Origin: Owenia fusiformis | Taxonomy: Eukaryota | Direction: 5' to 3' | NCBI GenBank assembly: GCA_903813345.2 | Contig: CAIIXF020000001.1 | Location: 41,912,001-41,976,000, forward strand | DNA: 64,000 nt | Part shown: in pieces, positions 1-14,400 of the stretch | How positions within the stretch are numbered: the stretch's first letter is position 1 | Layout of the letters: each line of letters begins with the position of its first letter | The notes under the pieces: model-generated | Database searches by the model: none | The model's input: only the letters and a program-made list of their open reading frames with translations | What the model was told of the DNA's origin: nothing | Program-made: the position numbers and the translations under genes

Positions 1-125
1 CACTGTGGAACGTTTGGGGTGTGTTTCCTTTAATTTGGCAAGAACTGCATCAAATTACTTGATAAGAGAGCAGAAATGTAGCAACTTAGGCTGAAAAGTA
101 CTGTTTTCAATGAAAAAACGAAAAT

Positions 126-138
126 TGCTGACTCAGCA
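126..138. promoter_or_regulatory. Perfect palindromic Maf recognition element (T-MARE, TGCTGACTCAGCA) with AT-rich flanks, once in every monomer (25 copies, last at 25,618-25,630)
   Basis: The sequence is AAAATTGCTGACTCAGCAAAATTT. The motif match is exact, but function is untested. Confidence 0.5.
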
Positions 139-2002
139 AAATTTAGATCGTCGTCTCCAGAATTTTAGGGGTTAATTTGCAAAACTTTAAATGGTCCCAT
201 AGAAACATATGCGAAATATGGCTAAATTCGACATATTTCTCGAAATTCACTAATAAATGTGGTTGATATTAGTGTCATGGTTGACTGAATATGCATTTTA
301 TTCAATATGAATTTTAAAGTTCGGGGTTTTATGAAGTGATATGTACATTTTTGCTCAAATCCCCTCAGCACTTTTGATTCTATAGGGTTCTCTTGACCCC
401 TGGGGTCATTATATTTTGTGACAATTTATTCCAGACTAAATGTAGTTATTTTGTCATTAAAATATCTTATTAGAGAAACGTTCAGGAAAAGTTGCGCTAT
501 CCACAAGACTTCTTGTCACTGCACTGATAAATGTAGCAAAATAGTCAAAATAATTCAGCCTTGAGCATGAAATTTTTGAATTTTTGGACAAATTTTGGGC
601 TATTTTGGGGGATTTTTGCCCATAACGATACTAATCTACTTAAAACAGCTGTTTAAAGTTGTACAAATTGCTTAAGTGATTTATATTCTCTCATAAGTAG
701 GACTATTTGCTACTTTACTAAACTGAACATCATTGATTTTTCGTTTTTCATGAACTTCTGATGGCTAGTTCAAGTAGCATTGTCTTTTGTGCAGGTTTAC
801 TGAATACGTCCCTTTAAAATTGGGTCTTTCGTGGGTTTAAAGGGTCAAAATGTTGGAACTTTGCACACTGTGGAACGTTTGGGGTGTGTTTCCTTTAATT
901 TGGCAAGAACTGCATCAAATTACTTGATAAGAGAGCAGAAATGTAGCAACTTAGGCTGAAAAGTACTGTTTTCAATGAAAAAACGAAAATTGCTGACTCA
1001 GCAAAATTTAGATCGTCGTCTCCAGAATTTTAGGGGTTAATTTGCAAAACTTTAAATGGTCCCATAGAAACATATGCGAAATATGGCTAAATTCGACATA
1101 TTTCTCGAAATTCACTAATAAATGTGGTTGATATTAGTGTCATGGTTGACTGAATATGCATTTTATTCAATATGAATTTTAAAGTTCGGGGTTTTATGAA
1201 GTGATATGTACATTTTTGCTCAAATCCCCTCAGCACTTTTGATTCTATAGGGTTCTCTTGACCCCTGGGGTCATTATATTTTGTGACAATTTATTCCAGA
1301 CTAAATGTAGTTATTTTGTCATTAAAATATCTTATTAGAGAAACGTTCAGGAAAAGTTGCGCTATCCACAAGACTTCTTGTCACTGCACTGATAAATGTA
1401 GCAAAATAGTCAAAATAATTCAGCCTTGAGCATGAAATTTTTGAATTTTTGGACAAATTTTGGGCTATTTTGGGGGATTTTTGCCCATAACGATACTAAT
1501 CTACTTAAAACAGCTGTTTAAAGTTGTACAAATTGCTTAAGTGATTTATATTCTCTCATAAGTAGGACTATTTGCTACTTTACTAAACTGAACATCATTG
1601 ATTTTTCGTTTTTCATGAACTTCTGATGGCTAGTTCAAGTAGCATTGTCTTTTGTGCAGGTTTACTGAATACGTCCCTTTAAAATTGGGTCTTTCGTGGG
1701 TTTAAAGGGTCAAAATGTTGGAACTTTGCACACTGTGGAACGTTTGGGGTGTGTTTCCTTTAATTTGGCAAGAACTGCATCAAATTACTTGATAAGAGAG
1801 CAGAAATGTAGCAACTTAGGCTGAAAAGTACTGTTTTCAATGAAAAAACGAAAATTGCTGACTCAGCAAAATTTAGATCGTCGTCTCCAGAATTTTAGGG
1901 GTTAATTTGCAAAACTTTAAATGGTCCCATAGAAACATATGCGAAATATGGCTAAATTCGACATATTTCTCGAAATTCACTAATAAATGTGGTTGATATT
2001 AG

Positions 2003-2475
2003 GTAGAAAGCAACTTACTTTTTCACCCATTGGAATACATGTAAAATTGGCAAAGTTCAAATCATAATTTCTCAAATCCCAGCCCATCGAATCCTCACAT
2101 CCATTCAGATCATGTAGTCCTATTCAAAAACTTCCCGTTCGGTTATATGGTGAAAAAAATATCCCACGAACGAAAAAAGATTTTGCTACATTTATAAGCG
2201 AGCATTGATTTCTGGGCCTGTAAAAAGCACGTAGGACCTGATTACCCCATTGATTTACTGAGACCGCCAAAAATTTAATTCAATTTTTTGGTTCAAAATA
2301 ATAATCTGTCAGCGGTCCCTGACACTCCTACTAGCTATCACCAAACATTAATTGCCAATACATGTACACATATACGTGCCATACATCTACAAAGTAGCGA
2401 ACTAGTGTATTAAGTACTACTTTTCCTATACGATGAGCAAAACAAATCTCAAGTAGGTTATATTGACCCTATTAG
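2003..2475 (+). repeat. 473-bp optional module B of the array (first copy; others start at 3342, 6411, 8614, 11682, 13885, 16088, 19156, 22224, 23562, 25765)
   Basis: L junctions read ...GTTGATATTAG|GTAGAAAGC...TATATTGACCCTATTAG|TGTCATGG..., whereas S reads ...GTTGATATTAG|TGTCATGG.... There is a 6-bp TATTAG direct repeat at 1997-2002 and 2470-2475. Confidence 0.95.
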
Positions 2476-5400
2476 TGTCATGGTTGACTGAATATGCATT
2501 TTATTCAATATGAATTTTAAAGTTCGGGGTTTTATGAAGTGATATGTACATTTTTGCTCAAATCCCCTCAGCACTTTTGATTCTATAGGGTTCTCTTGAC
2601 CCCTGGGGTCATTATATTTTGTGACAATTTATTCCAGACTAAATGTAGTTATTTTGTCATTAAAATATCTTATTAGAGAAACGTTCAGGAAAAGTTGCGC
2701 TATCCACAAGACTTCTTGTCACTGCACTGATAAATGTAGCAAAATAGTCAAAATAATTCAGCCTTGAGCATGAAATTTTTGAATTTTTGGACAAATTTTG
2801 GGCTATTTTGGGGGATTTTTGCCCATAACGATACTAATCTACTTAAAACAGCTGTTTAAAGTTGTACAAATTGCTTAAGTGATTTATATTCTCTCATAAG
2901 TAGGACTATTTGCTACTTTACTAAACTGAACATCATTGATTTTTCGTTTTTCATGAACTTCTGATGGCTAGTTCAAGTAGCATTGTCTTTTGTGCAGGTT
3001 TACTGAATACGTCCCTTTAAAATTGGGTCTTTCGTGGGTTTAAAGGGTCAAAATGTTGGAACTTTGCACACTGTGGAACGTTTGGGGTGTGTTTCCTTTA
3101 ATTTGGCAAGAACTGCATCAAATTACTTGATAAGAGAGCAGAAATGTAGCAACTTAGGCTGAAAAGTACTGTTTTCAATGAAAAAAACGAAAATTGCTGA
3201 CTCAGCAAAATTTAGATCGTCGTCTCCAGAATTTTAGGGGTTAATTTGCAAAACTTTAAATGGTCCCATAGAAACATATGCGAAATATGGCTAAATTCGA
3301 CATATTTCTCGAAATTCACTAATAAATGTGGTTGATATTAGGTAGAAAGCAACTTACTTTTTCACCCATTGGAATACATGTAAAATTGGCAAAGTTCAAA
3401 TCATAATTTCTCAAATCCCAGCCCATCGAATCCTCACATCCATTCAGATCATGTAGTCCTATTCAAAAACTTCCCGTTCGGTTATATGGTGAAAAAAATA
3501 TCCCACGAACGAAAAAAGATTTTGCTACATTTATAAGCGAGCATTGATTTCTGGGCCTGTAAAAAGCACGTAGGACCTGATTACCCCATTGATTTACTGA
3601 GACCGCCAAAAATTTAATTCAATTTTTTGGTTCAAAATAATAATCTGTCAGCGGTCCCTGACACTCCTACTAGCTATCACCAAACATTAATTGCCAATAC
3701 ATGTACACATATACGTGCCATACATCTACAAAGTAGCGAACTAGTGTATTAAGTACTACTTTTCCTATACGATGAGCAAAACAAATCTCAAGTAGGTTAT
3801 ATTGACCCTATTAGTGTCATGGTTGACTGAATATGCATTTTATTCAATATGAATTTTAAAGTTCGGGGTTTTATGAAGTGATATGTACATTTTTGCTCAA
3901 ATCCCCTCAGCACTTTTGATTCTATAGGGTTCTCTTGACCCCTGGGGTCATTATATTTTGTGACAATTTATTCCAGACTAAATGTAGTTATTTTGTCATT
4001 AAAATATCTTATTAGAGAAACGTTCAGGAAAAGTTGCGCTATCCACAAGACTTCTTGTCACTGCACTGATAAATGTAGCAAAATAGTCAAAATAATTCAG
4101 CCTTGAGCATGAAATTTTTGAATTTTTGGACAAATTTTGGGCTATTTTGGGGGATTTTTGCCCATAACGATACTAATCTACTTAAAACAGCTGTTTAAAG
4201 TTGTACAAATTGCTTAAGTGATTTATATTCTCTCATAAGTAGGACTATTTGCTACTTTACTAAACTGAACATCATTGATTTTTCGTTTTTCATGAACTTC
4301 TGATGGCTAGTTCAAGTAGCATTGTCTTTTGTGCAGGTTTACTGAATACGTCCCTTTAAAATTGGGTCTTTCGTGGGTTTAAAGGGTCAAAATGTTGGAA
4401 CTTTGCACACTGTGGAACGTTTGGGGTGTGTTTCCTTTAATTTGGCAAGAACTGCATCAAATTACTTGATAAGAGAGCAGAAATGTAGCAACTTAGGCTG
4501 AAAAGTACTGTTTTCAATGAAAAAACGAAAATTGCTGACTCAGCAAAATTTAGATCGTCGTCTCCAGAATTTTAGGGGTTAATTTGCAAAACTTTAAATG
4601 GTCCCATAGAAACATATGCGAAATATGGCTAAATTCGACATATTTCTCGAAATTCACTAATAAATGTGGTTGATATTAGTGTCATGGTTGACTGAATATG
4701 CATTTTATTCAATATGAATTTTAAAGTTCGGGGTTTTATGAAGTGATATGTACATTTTTGCTCAAATCCCCTCAGCACTTTTGATTCTATAGGGTTCTCT
4801 TGACCCCTGGGGTCATTATATTTTGTGACAATTTATTCCAGACTAAATGTAGTTATTTTGTCATTAAAATATCTTATTAGAGAAACGTTCAGGAAAAGTT
4901 GCGCTATCCACAAGACTTCTTGTCACTGCACTGATAAATGTAGCAAAATAGTCAAAATAATTCAGCCTTGAGCATGAAATTTTTGAATTTTTGGACAAAT
5001 TTTGGGCTATTTTGGGGGATTTTTGCCCATAACGATACTAATCTACTTAAAACAGCTGTTTAAAGTTGTACAAATTGCTTAAGTGATTTATATTCTCTCA
5101 TAAGTAGGACTATTTGCTACTTTACTAAACTGAACATCATTGATTTTTCGTTTTTCATGAACTTCTGATGGCTAGTTCAAGTAGCATTGTCTTTTGTGCA
5201 GGTTTACTGAATACGTCCCTTTAAAATTGGGTCTTTCGTGGGTTTAAAGGGTCAAAATGTTGGAACTTTGCACACTGTGGAACGTTTGGGGTGTGTTTCC
5301 TTTAATTTGGCAAGAACTGCATCAAATTACTTGATAAGAGAGCAGAAATGTAGCAACTTAGGCTGAAAAGTACTGTTTTCAATGAAAAAACGAAAATTGC

Positions 5401-8400
5401 TGACTCAGCAAAATTTAGATCGTCGTCTCCAGAATTTTAGGGGTTAATTTGCAAAACTTTAAATGGTCCCATAGAAACATATGCGAAATATGGCTAAATT
5501 CGACATATTTCTCGAAATTCACTAATAAATGTGGTTGATATTAGTGTCATGGTTGACTGAATATGCATTTTATTCAATATGAATTTTAAAGTTCGGGGTT
5601 TTATGAAGTGATATGTACATTTTTGCTCAAATCCCCTCAGCACTTTTGATTCTATAGGGTTCTCTTGACCCCTGGGGTCATTATATTTTGTGACAATTTA
5701 TTCCAGACTAAATGTAGTTATTTTGTCATTAAAATATCTTATTAGAGAAACGTTCAGGAAAAGTTGCGCTATCCACAAGACTTCTTGTCACTGCACTGAT
5801 AAATGTAGCAAAATAGTCAAAATAATTCAGCCTTGAGCATGAAATTTTTGAATTTTTGGACAAATTTTGGGCTATTTTGGGGGATTTTTGCCCATAACGA
5901 TACTAATCTACTTAAAACAGCTGTTTAAAGTTGTACAAATTGCTTAAGTGATTTATATTCTCTCATAAGTAGGACTATTTGCTACTTTACTAAACTGAAC
6001 ATCATTGATTTTTCGTTTTTCATGAACTTCTGATGGCTAGTTCAAGTAGCATTGTCTTTTGTGCAGGTTTACTGAATACGTCCCTTTAAAATTGGGTCTT
6101 TCGTGGGTTTAAAGGGTCAAAATGTTGGAACTTTGCACACTGTGGAACGTTTGGGGTGTGTTTCCTTTAATTTGGCAAGAACTGCATCAAATTACTTGAT
6201 AAGAGAGCAGAAATGTAGCAACTTAGGCTGAAAAGTACTGTTTTCAATGAAAAAAACGAAAATTGCTGACTCAGCAAAATTTAGATCGTCGTCTCCAGAA
6301 TTTTAGGGGTTAATTTGCAAAACTTTAAATGGTCCCATAGAAACATATGCGAAATATGGCTAAATTCGACATATTTCTCGAAATTCACTAATAAATGTGG
6401 TTGATATTAGGTAGAAAGCAACTTACTTTTTCACCCATTGGAATACATGTAAAATTGGCAAAGTTCAAATCATAATTTCTCAAATCCCAGCCCATCGAAT
6501 CCTCACATCCATTCAGATCATGTAGTCCTATTCAAAAACTTCCCGTTCGGTTATATGGTGAAAAAAATATCCCACGAACGAAAAAAGATTTTGCTACATT
6601 TATAAGCGAGCATTGATTTCTGGGCCTGTAAAAAGCACGTAGGACCTGATTACCCCATTGATTTACTGAGACCGCCAAAAATTTAATTCAATTTTTTGGT
6701 TCAAAATAATAATCTGTCAGCGGTCCCTGACACTCCTACTAGCTATCACCAAACATTAATTGCCAATACATGTACACATATACGTGCCATACATCTACAA
6801 AGTAGCGAACTAGTGTATTAAGTACTACTTTTCCTATACGATGAGCAAAACAAATCTCAAGTAGGTTATATTGACCCTATTAGTGTCATGGTTGACTGAA
6901 TATGCATTTTATTCAATATGAATTTTAAAGTTCGGGGTTTTATGAAGTGATATGTACATTTTTGCTCAAATCCCCTCAGCACTTTTGATTCTATAGGGTT
7001 CTCTTGACCCCTGGGGTCATTATATTTTGTGACAATTTATTCCAGACTAAATGTAGTTATTTTGTCATTAAAATATCTTATTAGAGAAACGTTCAGGAAA
7101 AGTTGCGCTATCCACAAGACTTCTTGTCACTGCACTGATAAATGTAGCAAAATAGTCAAAATAATTCAGCCTTGAGCATGAAATTTTTGAATTTTTGGAC
7201 AAATTTTGGGCTATTTTGGGGGATTTTTGCCCATAACGATACTAATCTACTTAAAACAGCTGTTTAAAGTTGTACAAATTGCTTAAGTGATTTATATTCT
7301 CTCATAAGTAGGACTATTTGCTACTTTACTAAACTGAACATCATTGATTTTTCGTTTTTCATGAACTTCTGATGGCTAGTTCAAGTAGCATTGTCTTTTG
7401 TGCAGGTTTACTGAATACGTCCCTTTAAAATTGGGTCTTTCGTGGGTTTAAAGGGTCAAAATGTTGGAACTTTGCACACTGTGGAACGTTTGGGGTGTGT
7501 TTCCTTTAATTTGGCAAGAACTGCATCAAATTACTTGATAAGAGAGCAGAAATGTAGCAACTTAGGCTGAAAAGTACTGTTTTCAATGAAAAAACGAAAA
7601 TTGCTGACTCAGCAAAATTTAGATCGTCGTCTCCAGAATTTTAGGGGTTAATTTGCAAAACTTTAAATGGTCCCATAGAAACATATGCGAAATATGGCTA
7701 AATTCGACATATTTCTCGAAATTCACTAATAAATGTGGTTGATATTAGTGTCATGGTTGACTGAATATGCATTTTATTCAATATGAATTTTAAAGTTCGG
7801 GGTTTTATGAAGTGATATGTACATTTTTGCTCAAATCCCCTCAGCACTTTTGATTCTATAGGGTTCTCTTGACCCCTGGGGTCATTATATTTTGTGACAA
7901 TTTATTCCAGACTAAATGTAGTTATTTTGTCATTAAAATATCTTATTAGAGAAACGTTCAGGAAAAGTTGCGCTATCCACAAGACTTCTTGTCACTGCAC
8001 TGATAAATGTAGCAAAATAGTCAAAATAATTCAGCCTTGAGCATGAAATTTTTGAATTTTTGGACAAATTTTGGGCTATTTTGGGGGATTTTTGCCCATA
8101 ACGATACTAATCTACTTAAAACAGCTGTTTAAAGTTGTACAAATTGCTTAAGTGATTTATATTCTCTCATAAGTAGGACTATTTGCTACTTTACTAAACT
8201 GAACATCATTGATTTTTCGTTTTTCATGAACTTCTGATGGCTAGTTCAAGTAGCATTGTCTTTTGTGCAGGTTTACTGAATACGTCCCTTTAAAATTGGG
8301 TCTTTCGTGGGTTTAAAGGGTCAAAATGTTGGAACTTTGCACACTGTGGAACGTTTGGGGTGTGTTTCCTTTAATTTGGCAAGAACTGCATCAAATTACT

Positions 8401-11400
8401 TGATAAGAGAGCAGAAATGTAGCAACTTAGGCTGAAAAGTACTGTTTTCAATGAAAAAACGAAAATTGCTGACTCAGCAAAATTTAGATCGTCGTCTCCA
8501 GAATTTTAGGGGTTAATTTGCAAAACTTTAAATGGTCCCATAGAAACATATGCGAAATATGGCTAAATTCGACATATTTCTCGAAATTCACTAATAAATG
8601 TGGTTGATATTAGGTAGAAAGCAACTTACTTTTTCACCCATTGGAATACATGTAAAATTGGCAAAGTTCAAATCATAATTTCTCAAATCCCAGCCCATCG
8701 AATCCTCACATCCATTCAGATCATGTAGTCCTATTCAAAAACTTCCCGTTCGGTTATATGGTGAAAAAAATATCCCACGAACGAAAAAAGATTTTGCTAC
8801 ATTTATAAGCGAGCATTGATTTCTGGGCCTGTAAAAAGCACGTAGGACCTGATTACCCCATTGATTTACTGAGACCGCCAAAAATTTAATTCAATTTTTT
8901 GGTTCAAAATAATAATCTGTCAGCGGTCCCTGACACTCCTACTAGCTATCACCAAACATTAATTGCCAATACATGTACACATATACGTGCCATACATCTA
9001 CAAAGTAGCGAACTAGTGTATTAAGTACTACTTTTCCTATACGATGAGCAAAACAAATCTCAAGTAGGTTATATTGACCCTATTAGTGTCATGGTTGACT
9101 GAATATGCATTTTATTCAATATGAATTTTAAAGTTCGGGGTTTTATGAAGTGATATGTACATTTTTGCTCAAATCCCCTCAGCACTTTTGATTCTATAGG
9201 GTTCTCTTGACCCCTGGGGTCATTATATTTTGTGACAATTTATTCCAGACTAAATGTAGTTATTTTGTCATTAAAATATCTTATTAGAGAAACGTTCAGG
9301 AAAAGTTGCGCTATCCACAAGACTTCTTGTCACTGCACTGATAAATGTAGCAAAATAGTCAAAATAATTCAGCCTTGAGCATGAAATTTTTGAATTTTTG
9401 GACAAATTTTGGGCTATTTTGGGGGATTTTTGCCCATAACGATACTAATCTACTTAAAACAGCTGTTTAAAGTTGTACAAATTGCTTAAGTGATTTATAT
9501 TCTCTCATAAGTAGGACTATTTGCTACTTTACTAAACTGAACATCATTGATTTTTCGTTTTTCATGAACTTCTGATGGCTAGTTCAAGTAGCATTGTCTT
9601 TTGTGCAGGTTTACTGAATACGTCCCTTTAAAATTGGGTCTTTCGTGGGTTTAAAGGGTCAAAATGTTGGAACTTTGCACACTGTGGAACGTTTGGGGTG
9701 TGTTTCCTTTAATTTGGCAAGAACTGCATCAAATTACTTGATAAGAGAGCAGAAATGTAGCAACTTAGGCTGAAAAGTACTGTTTTCAATGAAAAAACGA
9801 AAATTGCTGACTCAGCAAAATTTAGATCGTCGTCTCCAGAATTTTAGGGGTTAATTTGCAAAACTTTAAATGGTCCCATAGAAACATATGCGAAATATGG
9901 CTAAATTCGACATATTTCTCGAAATTCACTAATAAATGTGGTTGATATTAGTGTCATGGTTGACTGAATATGCATTTTATTCAATATGAATTTTAAAGTT
10001 CGGGGTTTTATGAAGTGATATGTACATTTTTGCTCAAATCCCCTCAGCACTTTTGATTCTATAGGGTTCTCTTGACCCCTGGGGTCATTATATTTTGTGA
10101 CAATTTATTCCAGACTAAATGTAGTTATTTTGTCATTAAAATATCTTATTAGAGAAACGTTCAGGAAAAGTTGCGCTATCCACAAGACTTCTTGTCACTG
10201 CACTGATAAATGTAGCAAAATAGTCAAAATAATTCAGCCTTGAGCATGAAATTTTTGAATTTTTGGACAAATTTTGGGCTATTTTGGGGGATTTTTGCCC
10301 ATAACGATACTAATCTACTTAAAACAGCTGTTTAAAGTTGTACAAATTGCTTAAGTGATTTATATTCTCTCATAAGTAGGACTATTTGCTACTTTACTAA
10401 ACTGAACATCATTGATTTTTCGTTTTTCATGAACTTCTGATGGCTAGTTCAAGTAGCATTGTCTTTTGTGCAGGTTTACTGAATACGTCCCTTTAAAATT
10501 GGGTCTTTCGTGGGTTTAAAGGGTCAAAATGTTGGAACTTTGCACACTGTGGAACGTTTGGGGTGTGTTTCCTTTAATTTGGCAAGAACTGCATCAAATT
10601 ACTTGATAAGAGAGCAGAAATGTAGCAACTTAGGCTGAAAAGTACTGTTTTCAATGAAAAAACGAAAATTGCTGACTCAGCAAAATTTAGATCGTCGTCT
10701 CCAGAATTTTAGGGGTTAATTTGCAAAACTTTAAATGGTCCCATAGAAACATATGCGAAATATGGCTAAATTCGACATATTTCTCGAAATTCACTAATAA
10801 ATGTGGTTGATATTAGTGTCATGGTTGACTGAATATGCATTTTATTCAATATGAATTTTAAAGTTCGGGGTTTTATGAAGTGATATGTACATTTTTGCTC
10901 AAATCCCCTCAGCACTTTTGATTCTATAGGGTTCTCTTGACCCCTGGGGTCATTATATTTTGTGACAATTTATTCCAGACTAAATGTAGTTATTTTGTCA
11001 TTAAAATATCTTATTAGAGAAACGTTCAGGAAAAGTTGCGCTATCCACAAGACTTCTTGTCACTGCACTGATAAATGTAGCAAAATAGTCAAAATAATTC
11101 AGCCTTGAGCATGAAATTTTTGAATTTTTGGACAAATTTTGGGCTATTTTGGGGGATTTTTGCCCATAACGATACTAATCTACTTAAAACAGCTGTTTAA
11201 AGTTGTACAAATTGCTTAAGTGATTTATATTCTCTCATAAGTAGGACTATTTGCTACTTTACTAAACTGAACATCATTGATTTTTCGTTTTTCATGAACT
11301 TCTGATGGCTAGTTCAAGTAGCATTGTCTTTTGTGCAGGTTTACTGAATACGTCCCTTTAAAATTGGGTCTTTCGTGGGTTTAAAGGGTCAAAATGTTGG

Positions 11401-14400
11401 AACTTTGCACACTGTGGAACGTTTGGGGTGTGTTTCCTTTAATTTGGCAAGAACTGCATCAAATTACTTGATAAGAGAGCAGAAATGTAGCAACTTAGGC
11501 TGAAAAGTACTGTTTTCAATGAAAAAACGAAAATTGCTGACTCAGCAAAATTTAGATCGTCGTCTCCAGAATTTTAGGGGTTAATTTGCAAAACTTTAAA
11601 TGGTCCCATAGAAACATATGCGAAATATGGCTAAATTCGACATATTTCTCGAAATTCACTAATAAATGTGGTTGATATTAGGTAGAAAGCAACTTACTTT
11701 TTCACCCATTGGAATACATGTAAAATTGGCAAAGTTCAAATCATAATTTCTCAAATCCCAGCCCATCGAATCCTCACATCCATTCAGATCATGTAGTCCT
11801 ATTCAAAAACTTCCCGTTCGGTTATATGGTGAAAAAAATATCCCACGAACGAAAAAAGATTTTGCTACATTTATAAGCGAGCATTGATTTCTGGGCCTGT
11901 AAAAAGCACGTAGGACCTGATTACCCCATTGATTTACTGAGACCGCCAAAAATTTAATTCAATTTTTTGGTTCAAAATAATAATCTGTCAGCGGTCCCTG
12001 ACACTCCTACTAGCTATCACCAAACATTAATTGCCAATACATGTACACATATACGTGCCATACATCTACAAAGTAGCGAACTAGTGTATTAAGTACTACT
12101 TTTCCTATACGATGAGCAAAACAAATCTCAAGTAGGTTATATTGACCCTATTAGTGTCATGGTTGACTGAATATGCATTTTATTCAATATGAATTTTAAA
12201 GTTCGGGGTTTTATGAAGTGATATGTACATTTTTGCTCAAATCCCCTCAGCACTTTTGATTCTATAGGGTTCTCTTGACCCCTGGGGTCATTATATTTTG
12301 TGACAATTTATTCCAGACTAAATGTAGTTATTTTGTCATTAAAATATCTTATTAGAGAAACGTTCAGGAAAAGTTGCGCTATCCACAAGACTTCTTGTCA
12401 CTGCACTGATAAATGTAGCAAAATAGTCAAAATAATTCAGCCTTGAGCATGAAATTTTTGAATTTTTGGACAAATTTTGGGCTATTTTGGGGGATTTTTG
12501 CCCATAACGATACTAATCTACTTAAAACAGCTGTTTAAAGTTGTACAAATTGCTTAAGTGATTTATATTCTCTCATAAGTAGGACTATTTGCTACTTTAC
12601 TAAACTGAACATCATTGATTTTTCGTTTTTCATGAACTTCTGATGGCTAGTTCAAGTAGCATTGTCTTTTGTGCAGGTTTACTGAATACGTCCCTTTAAA
12701 ATTGGGTCTTTCGTGGGTTTAAAGGGTCAAAATGTTGGAACTTTGCACACTGTGGAACGTTTGGGGTGTGTTTCCTTTAATTTGGCAAGAACTGCATCAA
12801 ATTACTTGATAAGAGAGCAGAAATGTAGCAACTTAGGCTGAAAAGTACTGTTTTCAATGAAAAAACGAAAATTGCTGACTCAGCAAAATTTAGATCGTCG
12901 TCTCCAGAATTTTAGGGGTTAATTTGCAAAACTTTAAATGGTCCCATAGAAACATATGCGAAATATGGCTAAATTCGACATATTTCTCGAAATTCACTAA
13001 TAAATGTGGTTGATATTAGTGTCATGGTTGACTGAATATGCATTTTATTCAATATGAATTTTAAAGTTCGGGGTTTTATGAAGTGATATGTACATTTTTG
13101 CTCAAATCCCCTCAGCACTTTTGATTCTATAGGGTTCTCTTGACCCCTGGGGTCATTATATTTTGTGACAATTTATTCCAGACTAAATGTAGTTATTTTG
13201 TCATTAAAATATCTTATTAGAGAAACGTTCAGGAAAAGTTGCGCTATCCACAAGACTTCTTGTCACTGCACTGATAAATGTAGCAAAATAGTCAAAATAA
13301 TTCAGCCTTGAGCATGAAATTTTTGAATTTTTGGACAAATTTTGGGCTATTTTGGGGGATTTTTGCCCATAACGATACTAATCTACTTAAAACAGCTGTT
13401 TAAAGTTGTACAAATTGCTTAAGTGATTTATATTCTCTCATAAGTAGGACTATTTGCTACTTTACTAAACTGAACATCATTGATTTTTCGTTTTTCATGA
13501 ACTTCTGATGGCTAGTTCAAGTAGCATTGTCTTTTGTGCAGGTTTACTGAATACGTCCCTTTAAAATTGGGTCTTTCGTGGGTTTAAAGGGTCAAAATGT
13601 TGGAACTTTGCACACTGTGGAACGTTTGGGGTGTGTTTCCTTTAATTTGGCAAGAACTGCATCAAATTACTTGATAAGAGAGCAGAAATGTAGCAACTTA
13701 GGCTGAAAAGTACTGTTTTCAATGAAAAAACGAAAATTGCTGACTCAGCAAAATTTAGATCGTCGTCTCCAGAATTTTAGGGGTTAATTTGCAAAACTTT
13801 AAATGGTCCCATAGAAACATATGCGAAATATGGCTAAATTCGACATATTTCTCGAAATTCACTAATAAATGTGGTTGATATTAGGTAGAAAGCAACTTAC
13901 TTTTTCACCCATTGGAATACATGTAAAATTGGCAAAGTTCAAATCATAATTTCTCAAATCCCAGCCCATCGAATCCTCACATCCATTCAGATCATGTAGT
14001 CCTATTCAAAAACTTCCCGTTCGGTTATATGGTGAAAAAAATATCCCACGAACGAAAAAAGATTTTGCTACATTTATAAGCGAGCATTGATTTCTGGGCC
14101 TGTAAAAAGCACGTAGGACCTGATTACCCCATTGATTTACTGAGACCGCCAAAAATTTAATTCAATTTTTTGGTTCAAAATAATAATCTGTCAGCGGTCC
14201 CTGACACTCCTACTAGCTATCACCAAACATTAATTGCCAATACATGTACACATATACGTGCCATACATCTACAAAGTAGCGAACTAGTGTATTAAGTACT
14301 ACTTTTCCTATACGATGAGCAAAACAAATCTCAAGTAGGTTATATTGACCCTATTAGTGTCATGGTTGACTGAATATGCATTTTATTCAATATGAATTTT

